A stretch of 64,000 nucleotides of DNA from Podarcis erhardii. Taxonomy: Eukaryota. How positions within the stretch are numbered: the stretch's first letter is position 1; each line of letters starts with the position of its first letter. The stretch lies in assembly GCA_964252035.1 (NCBI GenBank), contig OZ176205.1; one strand, given 5' to 3'. The notes below the pieces were generated by a model. It was not told the DNA's origin. It made no database searches and saw nothing but the letters and a program-made list of their open reading frames with translations. Below, piece by piece: positions 13,397-26,324 of this stretch. The position numbers and the translations under genes are program-made.

Positions 13397-13989
13397 TGCA
13401 TAGTTGTCATAAACACATAAACAGGTATTGGCATGTGGTTGTTAAGTATTCCATTAACAAGAAAAAGATGTCCATTGATATAAGGTTTCCACGTTTTTGG
13501 TGGCTATAGAAGATTTCTGTTGTAGAAGTCTATATTATCCTTGGAGTCATCAAGGAAAAAACACCCTGTATCTCTTTTCAAATGTATCAATGCCATTTTT
13601 CATTTGTGCTATATTGTATTCTCTTGGTGCTGGGTAGAAGGTGAATCCTTGAATGGTAGCATAATTTTACTCTGTAGTATTTTGCCCACAGTAAGTAAAA
13701 TCTATTACTGTTTTGGAATTATGCCTGTTATATCAAATAACCTTCTTAAGAATGTTGATTATTTCAGGGTAAATCTTTTGAAAGTTCTGTTTTCAGTTAT
13801 GTTTATTGCTATCCCTACTTCTTAATGTAGAGTTAATAATGGGGGAAAACAGCATTTTGCCTTCTCTACATGTCTTAAAATCAGCGTCCATTTTCCTGAT
13901 GATAAGCATGACAGAGAATAATGAGCAGTTCCCTTGGAAAACAAGCTATTTCATTTTAGGGCATTGAAACGTTTTTGTTATTGGGTACT

Positions 13990-14215
13990 GAAATAAACAG
14001 GAAGTTCACATTGAGACTTTTGTGTGGGTTTCTAATAGCAAAACCTTTTGGTCAGCTTTTCATGGGCAGTGGCTCCCAGGGATGACACAGATTACATTTC
14101 AGCTTGTCTGTGTCTTTATTTCTCTCTCTCTTTGTCTCTGCAGGATAACTACAGTTTTGCCGAAGAACAATAAATGAAGGGAGAAAATTGCCAAACCACA
14201 GACACTTATCTGCTT
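13990..14215. promoter_or_regulatory. Candidate endothelial/haematopoietic enhancer with a FOX:ETS composite site
   Basis: ATAAACAGGAAGT at 13993-14005; RUNX-like aaccaca and GATA cttatct at ~14190-14210. Motif evidence only. Confidence 0.35.
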
Positions 14216-14541
14216 ACATTTTCTGTTTTAGCTGCTATTGGGATCAGAATACAAAGTAACCTAACTCTTATGTCATTACTGTTGTCACATCTTATTACGG
14301 CGCTGAAGATGGTGGTAGCTTTTTGGCTTTCTGCTCGGGAAGTTGATGCTTGAGAGCTCCTGACGTAGCCCCAGATAAGTTAACACACAAAGCACGTTGG
14401 CCAGTAGACCGACTTCACTAGTGAAGAACATTCAGAATGTTTTGGGTTCCACAGAGATCTTGCTGTTTCAAATTGCAAGGATAATGCAGGGATAAATGTG
14501 CACAGTCGTGTTGACTTTCTATTAGCATGGTAGTCCTGGTC

Positions 14542-14684
14542 CATAGAATCATAGAATTGTAAAGTTGGAAGGGACCTTGAGGATCATCTAGTTCAACCCC
14601 CTGCAATGCAGGAATATGCAGGGATCAAACCTGCAAACTTGGCATTATCAGCACCATGCTCTAATCAACTGATCTATCCAGGCT
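14542..14684 (-). mobile_element. SINE with tRNA-Ile-like head and CR1-type 3' tail
   Basis: Minus strand gcctggatagatcagttgattagagcatggtgctgataatgccaag...gtttgatccc (A box, B box, GAT anticodon loop), then ...gggggttgaactagatgatcc...attctatgattctatg. Confidence 0.85.
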
Positions 14685-16259
14685 ATGTGAGCATGGTATG
14701 AGTGTTTTGAAACATGGTAGGCATGTCCTATTTCATTGCAATCTGGTTCAGCCCAGAGAGTTTCTAGTGTAAGCTAATGCATGTGCTGGGAGCTCTGGGG
14801 TGTTTGCTTCATAACATCACAACAAAAGGAACAAAGCGAGAGCCCCGGAGTTGCTTGGCAAGGCCAGGAGTTGGCTGGTTACATCAAGGATGGGGTCAGC
14901 TAGAATTTTTTACACATTCAGCATTCACAAGAGCACCTCTTCTCCTCCAACTGAGCCTGTGAACTTGCCCTGACTCTGGCTCCAGTCAGTTCTTAGAACA
15001 CAACAATAATTATACACAGTAGGTGAAATTTCAGTCTGTCTCTGGGTTTCTGTAAACGTAGCAGTGGTAACTTTATGTGCTTACACATTGGTCTTCCTGG
15101 AAACTAGGCTAGCTAGTTAAAAAAATGAGGAAAACAGAGATGACTCTTAAGAATGAACACTGAATCCTTCCCAGGTTTTGATTCTGGATTGATGCTTTAC
15201 TAGCTTTGATCCATTGTCTGCGTGGAAATATCCAGTGATGTAAGACAGTAGCCCAATTCTGATTCTGCAGCAAGCCTTGTTTGCACCAAGCTGCGGTCGC
15301 AGGGGTCTGAGCACCATTGCAAATGTACAGTTAGAAAATACTGGAGAAAGAACAAATACCAGAGAGAGAAATAAAAGTGGCAGAAGAAGGAAAAATAGAG
15401 AAATGAAGAGCGAAAGAAGAAAGCTCGGTGGGAGAGCCTGTCAAAATAGAAGGCTTTTATATATATTTTATTCTTTTCCATTTATGCTTCTAGATGTTCA
15501 CACATTATATTTTGCCAGATTTTTCTTGGCCTCTCTTAACTCAGGTGCAACTTTATGCTGGTGGCCATCTCAACCCTTTGATGCTGCTCCACCATAAACA
15601 GCCAAGCGCTGCCAGAAGTGGCCAGACACACCGTGCCCTTTTCCCCAGGGTGTTACCTAGAGGTGTGGGAGAAGTGAGATTTCTTTAGCCATGGCAAGGG
15701 CTCAGGAATGGTGCCACAACTTGAGAGGGGGATTATTCTCATTCCTTTGCAGATCATTCCAGAGGGGAAGGGAGGGAAGGCGGATGGTGCACAAAGTGTA
15801 GCTACTACTTTTCTATGGAGCGGTTGTTTTGAAATTCCTGGAAGGTTATGCAAATAATTCTCTCTTTTTTTAAGCATGCTGTAATCCTTGGGAAGGAGAA
15901 GGGAATCAGCACCAAGATTTGTGCAGTGGATGTTCCTATTTTGCTCCTAATTTGATACTTTCTCACTGGAGATATCAAGCGAAAACACCTCTCTCATTTC
16001 AATATTCTTCTTCAGTTTATTGGCATACATCCAACTCATCACTGCCTCCAAGCACTGGTCTAATGCCTCAAATGCCTCCTCTGGTTCAGTTGGAACAGAG
16101 AAATAGCATTGGGAGTCATCTGCACATTTATTAATTTATTTTGTAACATTTAAACACCACTTGATTGTAAAAAAAAATCCCTCAAAGCAGTATATACACA
16201 CACACACACACACATTTTCAATAAAGAAGAACATAACTTCTAAACTTACTTGAAACAAA

Positions 16260-16640
16260 AAAATAGTGCTCAACACCATTACAAATACTGATGACACTTC
16301 ACTTCAGATCTCCTGATGACAGCTCCCAGAGGTTCATGTAAATGTTAAATACCATTGGGGGGGCAAGATGGAACCCTGCAGGATACTGAAGGACAACTCC
16401 CCTGGTGCTGAACAGTGCCCACCCATGACTCCTTTCTGGAAATGGCCCTTAAGGTAGAAGCAGAAGCCCTCAAACAAGGTGCCCCCAACCTCCACCTCGC
16501 TAAGCTGCTCCAGAGGGATACTGTGGTCAGCAGTATCAAAAGCTATCGAGAGACTGAGGAGATTCACTCCTCCCATCTGTCTCCTGATAAATGTCATTAG
16601 CAAGGCAGTTTCAGCGCAATGACTAGGCCAGAAGTTAGGC
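16260..16640 (-). mobile_element. L2-clade LINE ORF2 (reverse transcriptase) fragment, decayed
   Basis: Translation LSIAFDTADH...GGT...FQKGVMG..CSAP...QGSIL resembles the L2 RT segment LSAAFDTIDH...GVPQGSIL. Confidence 0.8.
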
Positions 16641-17749
16641 TGGAATGGATTCGAGTAACCCCACCCTCCTCCCTTTCACTGCAATTTATTTTGTTTGTTT
16701 GTTTCATGACATTTGCAAACCACTTGATTCTAATAAAATGGCAAAAGAATTAATGGCATTATTGTTAAAAGTAAGTATTTAAAACTCTAACAAAATAATT
16801 AAAACAAACAATTAGCTGTGTCAATATCTCTGCCACGTACACATCAGGTGCCTCCCTATACACATCCTTGTCAGTTATCAGGAGCAACCCTGTCTTCTTT
16901 TCTTCCAAGAGTATCTCTATTAGCGACTACAGGAAAGGACCATCCAGTTATGGACCCCTCCAGGCACCTCTGTGTTTTTTGCTCTCATTTGAAAACTTAA
17001 CCCACCCACCCCCCTGCCAATCATTGCTAGTTTTATAGTGGAGTAGTGAAACAGCATTAGTTTCTGTTTAAGCCTCTAGGGGTTTTGCCTTTTTTATTAT
17101 TTCACTGAACAAGGCACATTACTCTCAAACCAACTTAATGGTGGAGAATTAATTAGCGTGAGACACGGTTTGATAGCTGTGGTCTCTCCACAGCCGTGAT
17201 GAGACAGAGGCCAAGTTGACTCCAGCACCACTTTGAGCTATTTCCTTCTGGGAATGTTTCAACGGAGCCAAACGTTTAGGCCTAGAAGCCATTACCAGTC
17301 TACCTCCTATGGCTTGCCTGAGCACAGTGCCAGCCAATTAGTGAAACTAGAGAATTAAATAAACCATCCACCTGCTACAAGGTCATTCTCTTGGCCTTCT
17401 TCTTTCCAGAGTACTACCCTGCAAAATCCCCAACAAGCTTCCAAGTCTACCTCTGGCAGGTGTATAAACCTGAAAATTCAACATGTTGGCTAGAAAGTAT
17501 GAGCAATAAAAGGTGTAGGACCATTATGTCTGCTTCTCAAGTACCCAGGAAAATAACTGACTGCGACAAATGCTTGTGGTGGCAAACAGCATGTAGAGAC
17601 ATTTGGAAGGAGGAAATCATTCTAAGAAATTAAAGAGCTCTTCATCAACCTGCTTTCAAAAGAGGAATCCTATCTTTCCTATCTACCTTAATTAAAACTA
17701 CATTAGGTGCATTATAAAATCTTCAGCTTGGACTCCTAGAATTGCAGAG

Positions 17750-18478
17750 TGCCATGACACTAGCAGGACACCGAGGAAGGGGAAGAGGATCCTGGCCAGG
17801 GTTGTAGCCACCATATACCAGGGCAAGCTGAAGATGGGGAAGGGGAGGTCGGGGACTTAGGAGGTACTCATGGGGCATCAGAGGATGGTGAAGGGGCAGC
17901 TGACAGTTCACACAAGCCTGGAGAGAGGGATACATCACCAGAAGTGCCCCCATCTCTTCAGACACAGCAGAGCATCAGGAACAGCAGGAAGTGCCCTCTA
18001 AGAGACTTAGGCAGGTAAGGGAATGCAGCCCAGCTCACTAGTTGTCTAGGAGGAGATCATGAGGTTCGTTAGGTCTTGGAGGAGGTTTGTGGTCATGCAG
18101 CTGGATTGGGCCCTCAAGTGGAGAGACACAGCTGCTCAGCTGGAGCAAATCCAGATGTGTCAATCAAGACTGAAAGGGATAAGAGGGATAAAAGGCAGAG
18201 GCTCTGTGTCTGCTCAACTTTCTCTGTTGATGCATCACGGCTTGGCTGCTTTGGGGACTCCATTAGGCGGCGACTTTAGGGCTGACCTCAGGTGTTCTGA
18301 TCCTGGATCTATTGCAAAGGTGAGAGCCTGTTCTTACTGTTTGACTTCAGACTTTGCTTGTCGTATTGGACCTGGGTCGGTATTTGACCTCTTGGACTGT
18401 CTGACTACTCTCTGGTGTTGCCCTTGGGACTGTGTGCACCAGCAAGACTTGCCTCCAGGTATACTGGGGTTCAGGACA
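17750..18478 (+). mobile_element. Older solo LTR (~729 bp), Gypsy-like
   Basis: Starts TGCCATGA, ends TCAGGACA (imperfect TIR); flanks CAGAG and TAGAG (4/5 TSD); TATA-like gataaaa at ~18188. Confidence 0.6.
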
Positions 18479-18821
18479 TAGAGTTGGAATTTGAATACCT
18501 GACCCTGCTTAGCTTTGCATATGCATTAGCAGGGTTTTCTTTTCCTGCACCACTTGGGGATTACAATACAAGTGTTGATGTACACCCTATAGCTTTAAAG
18601 CACATTTCCCCTCCTCAAAGAATTCTGAGCACTGTAGGTTGCTGGGAACTGTAACTTTGTGAGGGATAGACCACAGTGGCCAGAATTCTTATAATCTTAT
18701 TATATACTAAGATATAATATGCTTTCAATGCCAGGCTTAGGCTCTGCCCCTATTACTGGTAACTCTGGAAAAGACAAGTATGGATCCTTGCTCATGCAGA
18801 CATTACATTAGTATGCATGTA

Positions 18822-18936
18822 TAGTGTGGGAGGGGAATTTGTGGCCCTCCAGACACTGCTGCACTCCAACTCCCATCAGCTCCAACCAGTCAGTTCAACA
18901 ACATCTGGGGGACCACAAATTCCCCTCCCACCCCTT
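18822..18936. mobile_element. Short palindromic hAT-type MITE
   Basis: Perfect 17-bp inverted repeat gggaggggaatttgtgg (18828-18844) / ccacaaattcccctccc (18913-18929); body (ccctccaga...caactccc) resembles the copies at 50583 and 62972. Confidence 0.7.
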
Positions 18937-20101
18937 TCTTTGTACAGTTTGTATGCATGTTGTGGGTACCAAAGACCTAGCTAATGCATATCCTCCCAGA
19001 TCTAGCTATATTATTATTATACTTATTATCTATCACATTTTTGTACCCAAATTCCTCAAAGCAACTTACACAGAAATAATAATAATAATGGGAATATTAA
19101 AATAATAACAATAATAAACAAAAACTAAAATACCCATCTGACAACATATTTAAAAGGAACATAGCGGCACTAAACCGTAATCCTTCTGCACTGGTGAAGG
19201 ACTGGGAGAAAACAAACCGTCCAGCCATGTAGAAAAGTACTACTTGGCAATGGATCCCCTCCTCTAAATCTGGTCAGAAATAGTCATCTGCTTAAGAACG
19301 TGAAGTGTTCAGAATATGAATAATGTTCCCAGTGAAGTCTTGGATGCTGCCATCTGAGTTTTGAACAGCTATTTTGTTTTGGGATGTGTGTGTTTTTTTT
19401 TTCCAAAAAGGGGGGGGGGAGGACAAGGGTTTTTCTTGTATTCAGAGCCAGAAGCTGCAACTTCATGTGCAGAAAACGCACCTGCTTACCATTTTAATGA
19501 ATTCGAAAATCTTCAGATTCCCATACAGTTAATTGTTCATCCAAAGAAAGGCTGTTTTGTCTTCCCATGGTCAAGAAAATGAAATGCAGGATTTAGGTCA
19601 ATTTGCTAAATGAAACTATGTGAAAAGCATACCCGAAGCAGAGGTATTTAATTAGTTTCATTAATATGCATGGAATTCTCTGGAAGTCTCTTGGAGCTGA
19701 ATCTACTCTCGGGCAGACAGACTTTGGCAACAGAGTGGATCATCCCAGTGAGCTGGACAGCTCCGTTGGTGAGGAAGGCCATGTCCTCCTTCTGCCTTGC
19801 TTGCAATGCATCCTTTTCAGACATTACTTTCTTTTTATTTTTTTATGCACACTTGAAACCATGTATTTTTACAGCAGTTTACACTTATTTTCAGCTAAGT
19901 CAGAGAGGTAATGCTGCATGTCCGCCAGCTGTTATTGTTATTTTTTAAATAAACAAACAAAGTGATGGAGGTGAGCTGAATTTAAGATTGGGAAAATTGG
20001 AAGCTGAAATTGACAGGTTTGCCTGTTCCTTGGTCTGTCTATCCTAGTGTCGCTTGTTCCACACACAGAAGCTCTTCAGGATCATTATTAGGTGCAACCC
20101 T

Positions 20102-20102
<1 letters not shown>

Positions 20103-20153
<51 letters not shown>
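20103..20153. repeat. (TAA)~17 microsatellite
   Basis: Direct reading. Confidence 0.97.
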
Positions 20154-20154
<1 letters not shown>

Positions 20155-20772
20155 TGTCTGTCACATAGTTGGGACCCCCACTTTTCATCACAACTTATAG
20201 CCCAAAATGTAGCAATTGCCAAATCAGGTATTTCCTAATTAATGTGTAGAACAAGCAGCAAAGCAGCCCTGAGATACAGCACGCCAAAACAAAAGCATGG
20301 ACATTAGCCACAGACCTCTAATAATGCAGGCCACTGCGGTTCAGCTTAAGAGTTGAACAAGCTGCCTTCCCTTGTACTTAGGAATTCTGGAGTGAACCTG
20401 AATAACCTGGCTCTGATTCTGAGAACGTAATGTTTTTCTGTGTATAACAAACATGGTGTTGAGCTAAACTGTTTTGTCTTGCACTTTGGGAAAGCTCTGG
20501 CCTGCACTGTATCCTCCCTTTTAACAGCTTGTTTCCCCATTAAACCTATTTTCAGGCATTGGCAAAAGACACGGTGCTGTAAACGGCAGTGCGTATCTGC
20601 CTTCTGCTGCAAGGCTGCCAATGTCCTCAGTGCTGGGGTGGGGGAATCGCAGTAGAAATGTACCATATTTACAGGAAGGGTCCTGTAAATGTTTCAAATG
20701 CGTATGATTAACATGTATTAATTTTCATGCCATTTTTGCGATTACAGCTAGTGCTGGTTGACCTATTGCTTT

Positions 20773-20911
20773 TAGAATCATGGAACTGTAGAATTTGAAG
20801 GGACCATGGGGGTCATCTAGTCCAACCCCCTGTAATGCATGAGGTTTTTTTGCCCAAGGTGGGGCTCAAACCCACGACCCTGAGATTAAAAGTGCCATGG
20901 CCTTCCAACTG
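20773..20911 (-). mobile_element. SINE with tRNA-Lys-like head and CR1-type 3' tail
   Basis: Minus strand cagttgg...cttttaatctcagggtcgtgggtttgagccccaccttgggc, then the same tail as the 14542 copy (gggggttggactagatgacc...attcta). Confidence 0.82.
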
Positions 20912-21010
20912 TTGAATCTGAACACTTTGGGTGTTTGCAGAAAGCCAAAAGCTGATTCATGGGGCACTTCCAGGTGACCTGCTAATCGAGCATCCATCCT
21001 GATTAGTTTG

Positions 21011-21128
21011 TTTGGTTTTTTTAAATTGCTTTTTATTAAATTTTTCACAAACAAAAACAAAACAAGACAAAACAATCTTTTACAGTCATCATTTTATGTC
21101 ATCTTATTTACACTGCGTATATTCATGC
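21011..21128 (-). mobile_element. Heavily 5'-truncated L1-type insertion (3' end only, 118 bp)
   Basis: Perfect 17-bp TSD ccatcctgattagtttg (20994-21010, 21129-21145); minus strand ends in ...aatttaataaaaagcaatttaaaaaaa. Confidence 0.85.
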
Positions 21129-24100
21129 CCATCCTGATTAGTTTGCAGGGATCTTAGACAACACTGACTCTTTAATAAGCACGCAATTCTGATTTGTTAG
21201 ATGACATTGCATCAAAACAAGCGTTATCCCATACTTTCCACTACATTTTCTCATCACTTTCCTTATTGGAAAATTCTGATCTTTTGGGAAGTGGGTTTCT
21301 TGTGCAAGACCTTCAAGTAGGCTGTAATTGTCCAGCCTGAATTTGCCAGTATGCGATTGAATCACGCCTGAAAAGAGCAACAGTCTGCAAGTACCGCAGA
21401 AGGTTGATGCTGAACAGGCTAACCACATGCCAAGAACAAGACATTTCAGTAGTTCTTTAAAGAATGTGGCAATTTTTTCTCTGTCATTCCTGCCTGATAT
21501 GCTGCATCACCTGTGCAAATCTCCTCCTGTGAAAGGGACAAAACCCCTGTATTCTGCTGCCACTGGTAATATGGTGTGGGTGTGAGACGCTCCCTCATCC
21601 CATACTTGCCTAATATTATTTTTAACTTTTATGGCAAACTCCATTTTCCTGAAAAGCACTTCAGCAGAGCTTGTAACGTATAATCCTCCCTTTCTTTGTG
21701 TTGGCTGTGGGAGTTCACATCCTCTGCCTCTTCCTTCTCACACGGCTGTTCCCTGAGAAGGCAAGGCATACGAAAATACCATTAAAATGAGAGAACAAAG
21801 AATTCTTCAAGTCTTGTTTAAAAAAGAAAAATCAGCATTCGGGGGAGGGGGGAGAGCTACAATGCAAAGCCAGTAAATGGAGGAAAGTAAATTTTGCCAA
21901 GCTTCAGGAAAGAAGGTCTGATCATATACTCACATTCTTGAGAATTTTGCATCTACCAGATCTAGCACAGCCTTTGCTAATCTGGGGCTTTCCAGTTGTC
22001 TTGGATTACAATTCCCACTCCCCCAGTCACCATAGATGTGGTGACTGAGGCTGATGGGAGTTATAGTTCCAAAGATCTAGAGGGCATCAGGTTGATGATG
22101 GCTGACCTACCCGTTCGGTGTCTATCATTTCTGTTACTGCTACTAAACTATTCTACCTCCAGCTTCTTCTTGGCTGGCACACGAAAGGCAACCTGAAGCC
22201 AAACACAGATTAAAAACTAGCATATTCCCTTCAAAATCTGCTGCTATTTGACATGTTGGTACTGTTTCTCTCTTCTCTTCATCCGCTGCCTCTATTCTCT
22301 GCTGTACAGTGGTAAGCTGGTTCATCCCTCTGTTTTGAATCATAAACAGTCAAAGCTGTGACTTTGGGGAGGGATTCACACATGCCGTTTTGCCCCTGTG
22401 ATTGAGGGGGGGGCCCAGGGGGGCCCAACATCAGAATGCCCCATGGCATGCTGCATAACATCAGCATGCCTCATGACATTCGTGTGTGGCCACTGTGGGA
22501 CTCAGAGGGGCAGCCCTTTCATTGGAAATATTGGGGGCCCTGCCCTCCCCCCCTTGACACCTTTGGAGAGATTACTGTTTTTCTTTTCCACCATTGTATA
22601 GAACATTTGATATCAATATCAGGCACTGTTATCCCATCACATGTGCAAAAGTATAAGCTGCTTCCTGAGCCTGCTAATTCTGCTAGCTTCCTTGCATGCT
22701 CCACTATGAAATTTCAAGTGCCTGATCTTTCCCTTTTCAAATTACAGAGGTACACTGTGCTGTCCTAGACAGGAGCTTCCAGTCTTTTTCGATTCAGTGA
22801 AGCACACCAAACTCTAGGTGAATTCACCTGGTCTGGATAATATTGGTTCTGTGCAGAAAATTCCAAGCATGAAGGCAGCTGGAGAGCTGCCCACTATCTA
22901 GCTCCTGATGTTCATGGTGAAGTAGCCTTTTTTCCCTTCAGCTGCTGTCAAAGAGCAGCTCAAGAACCACTGAGCAGGAGACATCTAGGCAGGATGCATA
23001 CCACCCCTTGAAAGAATAACGGAAACTGAGATTTACCCCTCACAAAGCTACAATTCTCAGCACCCTCAACAAACTGCAGTTCACAGAATTTTTTGGGTGG
23101 GTGTGATTTTAAATTCATGGTGTGTACACCTCTTCCCCCTTGGTTCTGCTGTCTTATTATATTGTTACAGATTTGCGGTACCAGAGTTTGTGGGTGCAAA
23201 AGCATCCATAATTGGAGTATGTCAGTGTTAGGAATTACTAAATGCTTGGAGTCTTCACTTGGGAAAGAGACAGCTTTGTAGTGTAAAAAATGCAGGTTAA
23301 GCTTGTCTCCCAGACCAGGGCATCACCTGGGGGATGTGACAAAGGTGTTGATGATGACCCATCAAAGAAAGATGTTTGAGTCTGTGAATAAAAAAAAATG
23401 TTGTCCTGTTAAAAAACAAAGGTCTGGAGCTGGGAGGGCATGTGATTGGATAGAAGGGGAGGTTGTGTTTGGCAAGGCATTCTGGGAACAAGAAGGAGGA
23501 ACGTGGCACTGGTGGGAGGAGGCTGCACCGACAGACCAGGGGCCATGATTGGCTGCTGCTGTGAACCCCAGCTTGCTGAAACTATGAGAGGAGCAACTTT
23601 TTGTGAAAATGCACTGGCATGTAGGACTACCATTGTTTCACACAAGACCGGAAAAGCTTCCTAGAAACAAATCAGAATGGATACTCCCTAGTCAGCTGGT
23701 GTCATCCAATCCACAAATTTTGTACAAACAAGTGTTCCATAAATAGGTATTTTGGGAGTGGACTATTGCAGTTTCATTTGCCCACCCCAACCCTCTTCTT
23801 ATTTTGCTTGGCCCACAGTGACCACAGAGGAAAAGCTACCCACCCTCACTGGTATCACTGACTCCTCATTCACAGAATTCCCAGTTGCCTCCAAGTTCTC
23901 TCTTGTAGCTTCCCAAGAGACTGCCACCCAAAGGTCAGGTGCAAGTTGATTCAGAGGTAGAGAAATATCAGTTCAGCAGCTTGAACTGTGTGTGTCTTTA
24001 AGAAAGTCATACACTGTCTACGAGTCCTCTTGAGTTTTATCAGAAACAAGCTCTCTCTTTCCTGGCCATAGTCAGACCCATCAGGCAAGGGTGGAGCTTT

Positions 24101-25725
24101 CGGTTCAGAGCCAGCCATGGTATATAAATCACCTTGTGCTAAAACTTAGAAACTCTTGCTAGGCTCCAGGAGTTCTTTTGCTGTTTTTGCCAGAGCTTCT
24201 TGTCAGAACAACTTGCTGCCCTTGATCCAGTGCTGCTTCTGCCTGTCCAGATGAAAACCACGACACACCCTTTCAGCTTGTGGCAAATTGTACTTGTGTG
24301 TTTGCTAGGGCAAGCAACCTAGGGAAGCTCATTATTCCAGGTCCCTTTTATCCCTCTATTTTGTCATTAATTCTGGTACAATTATATGCTCACTGCAAAT
24401 ACTAAACCACTTAACGGAAGCAAACTGTTCATTGAGAAACAGCAAATAGGAATAGAAAATTTGCTACATTACCAAAACGTCAGAAATATGAGCGCATTCA
24501 ACTAGAAATTGCTGAAAAACATGGATCCTGTCAACTTAACCGTCCACTGTTTTCCAGGGGAGTTGGAATTCCATGAGGAGTTCAAAAGAGGCCTAGGAAT
24601 GGTGTAATTATGGAAAGAATTCTACTTCATGCTTTTACCCATATGTGTGTGAGCCAAGTTTTCTATTGTTTTCTACTTCGTTTTGAGAACTGCGCTCCTC
24701 CCAAGGCAATTAAAAGTGCAAATCTGTTATTCGTTAATGCGTCCTAAGGGCTGAGAGTTTAAACATGCAGCAAATTGAAAACTTAAAAAGCTGTGGTTCT
24801 CATTAACTTTGCCACGTTATACATTCTATATTAAGGCCTTCAAAATTAACACCATCTACAGGCCCCCAAACACAAAAATCCTGAGCGCTATCTGGGTACA
24901 AACAGAGTGTCGGCAATTGTTGTGGAAATAACACGGCTTGATTTAATTCCACACTGCTACGTAACTTTTCCAGAATGTTGGTGTTGAGATATACAGGCTA
25001 AGCAATAGTCAAGTAGGCAAGCAGCTGGGCCTGTGATTGCTTTTCTGACAGAGTGACATATAGTCTGGGCAGACATCAGGCCTTGCACAGAAGTAACCAT
25101 TGGATGTTAAGTTGCTGATGGTGCTGGTGGGCAGTCCAAGGGACTTACTGAGAGAGAGGAAAGAGAATTAATTGCCCATAGCTATTCAGCCCTTATGTGC
25201 TGGAGTTATCAGAGTAGCCCTGTATCCTGTCTAGATGCAGCACTTTATGGGATGTAGACCCACCCCTAAAACTAGCTTTTTCTCTATCCTGAACCACCAG
25301 GCATCATGTAGGACAGAGCAGGAGCCTGAACATTACACTTAGAATTTGCTGAGTTAAGGGAATTTACTGAACCAGGCTGCTTTCAGACAGTCACTTTTTT
25401 TGTGGGAAGGATTCAAACACACACTGGAAATTTAGGTTTGCCCAACTGAAGTAGATTAATGTTCTCTGCAACAAAGCCATTACAAAAAACCAAAAGGAAA
25501 CCCCCTGACTTTTTGCTGTTAAGAAACTGATGGGGAAATGTGCTGAGAAGTGTGAGGTGAATGAATGGTTAACAGAAAGATGTGTAAACACCCCACAAGC
25601 AAATCTGGATGAATTCTCATTGTGTGACCAGGCGGCAACAGCCCCAGCCCCATAAGGTAGGAATAAAGACTCTGACAACTTTATATAGAATTAAAATTAG
25701 GCTACAACTTTATAAAACTTCCGAA

Positions 25726-26118
25726 TGTAGGAAGGCTTAGGCCTTGGGTGTGTATCCCTCCCAGCCCCCAGCTGGGGGGAACTGGGGCTCATCAGGGTAA
25801 ATGGGAAATGGGGGTGCTCTGTGAGTTGTAAGTGTAGCAGGCAGTCAAGCCCATATCCCCGCACGCAAGGTAGCTCACTGACATCCTTTCAGTGTATGGC
25901 CAGTGACACCCATATATATAACCCCTTTAAGAGGGGGACCCTGGTATCCCTGCCACAGGGGGATGAGACACCACTTCATGGCCCCCCCTCCCCATATAGG
26001 GAAGAAAAGACTAAAGGATTCCATCCAAGGCCAAAACCGCCACCTGAGACCACCAACTCGTGGTGTTGTGGGCTCCACCCCCTATTGATAAATGGGGCTG
26101 ACCCCACCTCCCAGCAAG
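25726..26118 (+). mobile_element. LTR-like or DIRS-like terminal-repeat remnant, family uncertain
   Basis: GC-rich 393-bp block starting TGTAGG with a TATATA box at ~25913, flanked by aaacttccgaa / aaacttccaaa (10/11 match). Confidence 0.35.
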
Positions 26119-26324
26119 AAACTTCCAAAAATTACAGTCCCTGTTTGCCAGTAAGCTCCCTGGGAACTGTAGCACCACGCACGATCCTGCAAAGGGCACC
26201 CACAATGTAAAGTGTGAGTGTTCATTGTTGTATAACTGCCCTGTAAACAAATCGGAATGAATGCTTAATGCTACGCACATAGTAACCACAATGTAACCTT
26301 TGTACAAGCAAAGTAAGATGGACA

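Noticed and set aside
14110-14175. Strong plus-strand splice acceptor (pyrimidine tract + CAG|G at 14143) followed by AATAAA
   Set aside because: No partner donor or coding frame, and the tract is partly a (CT)n repeat; needs RNA evidence.
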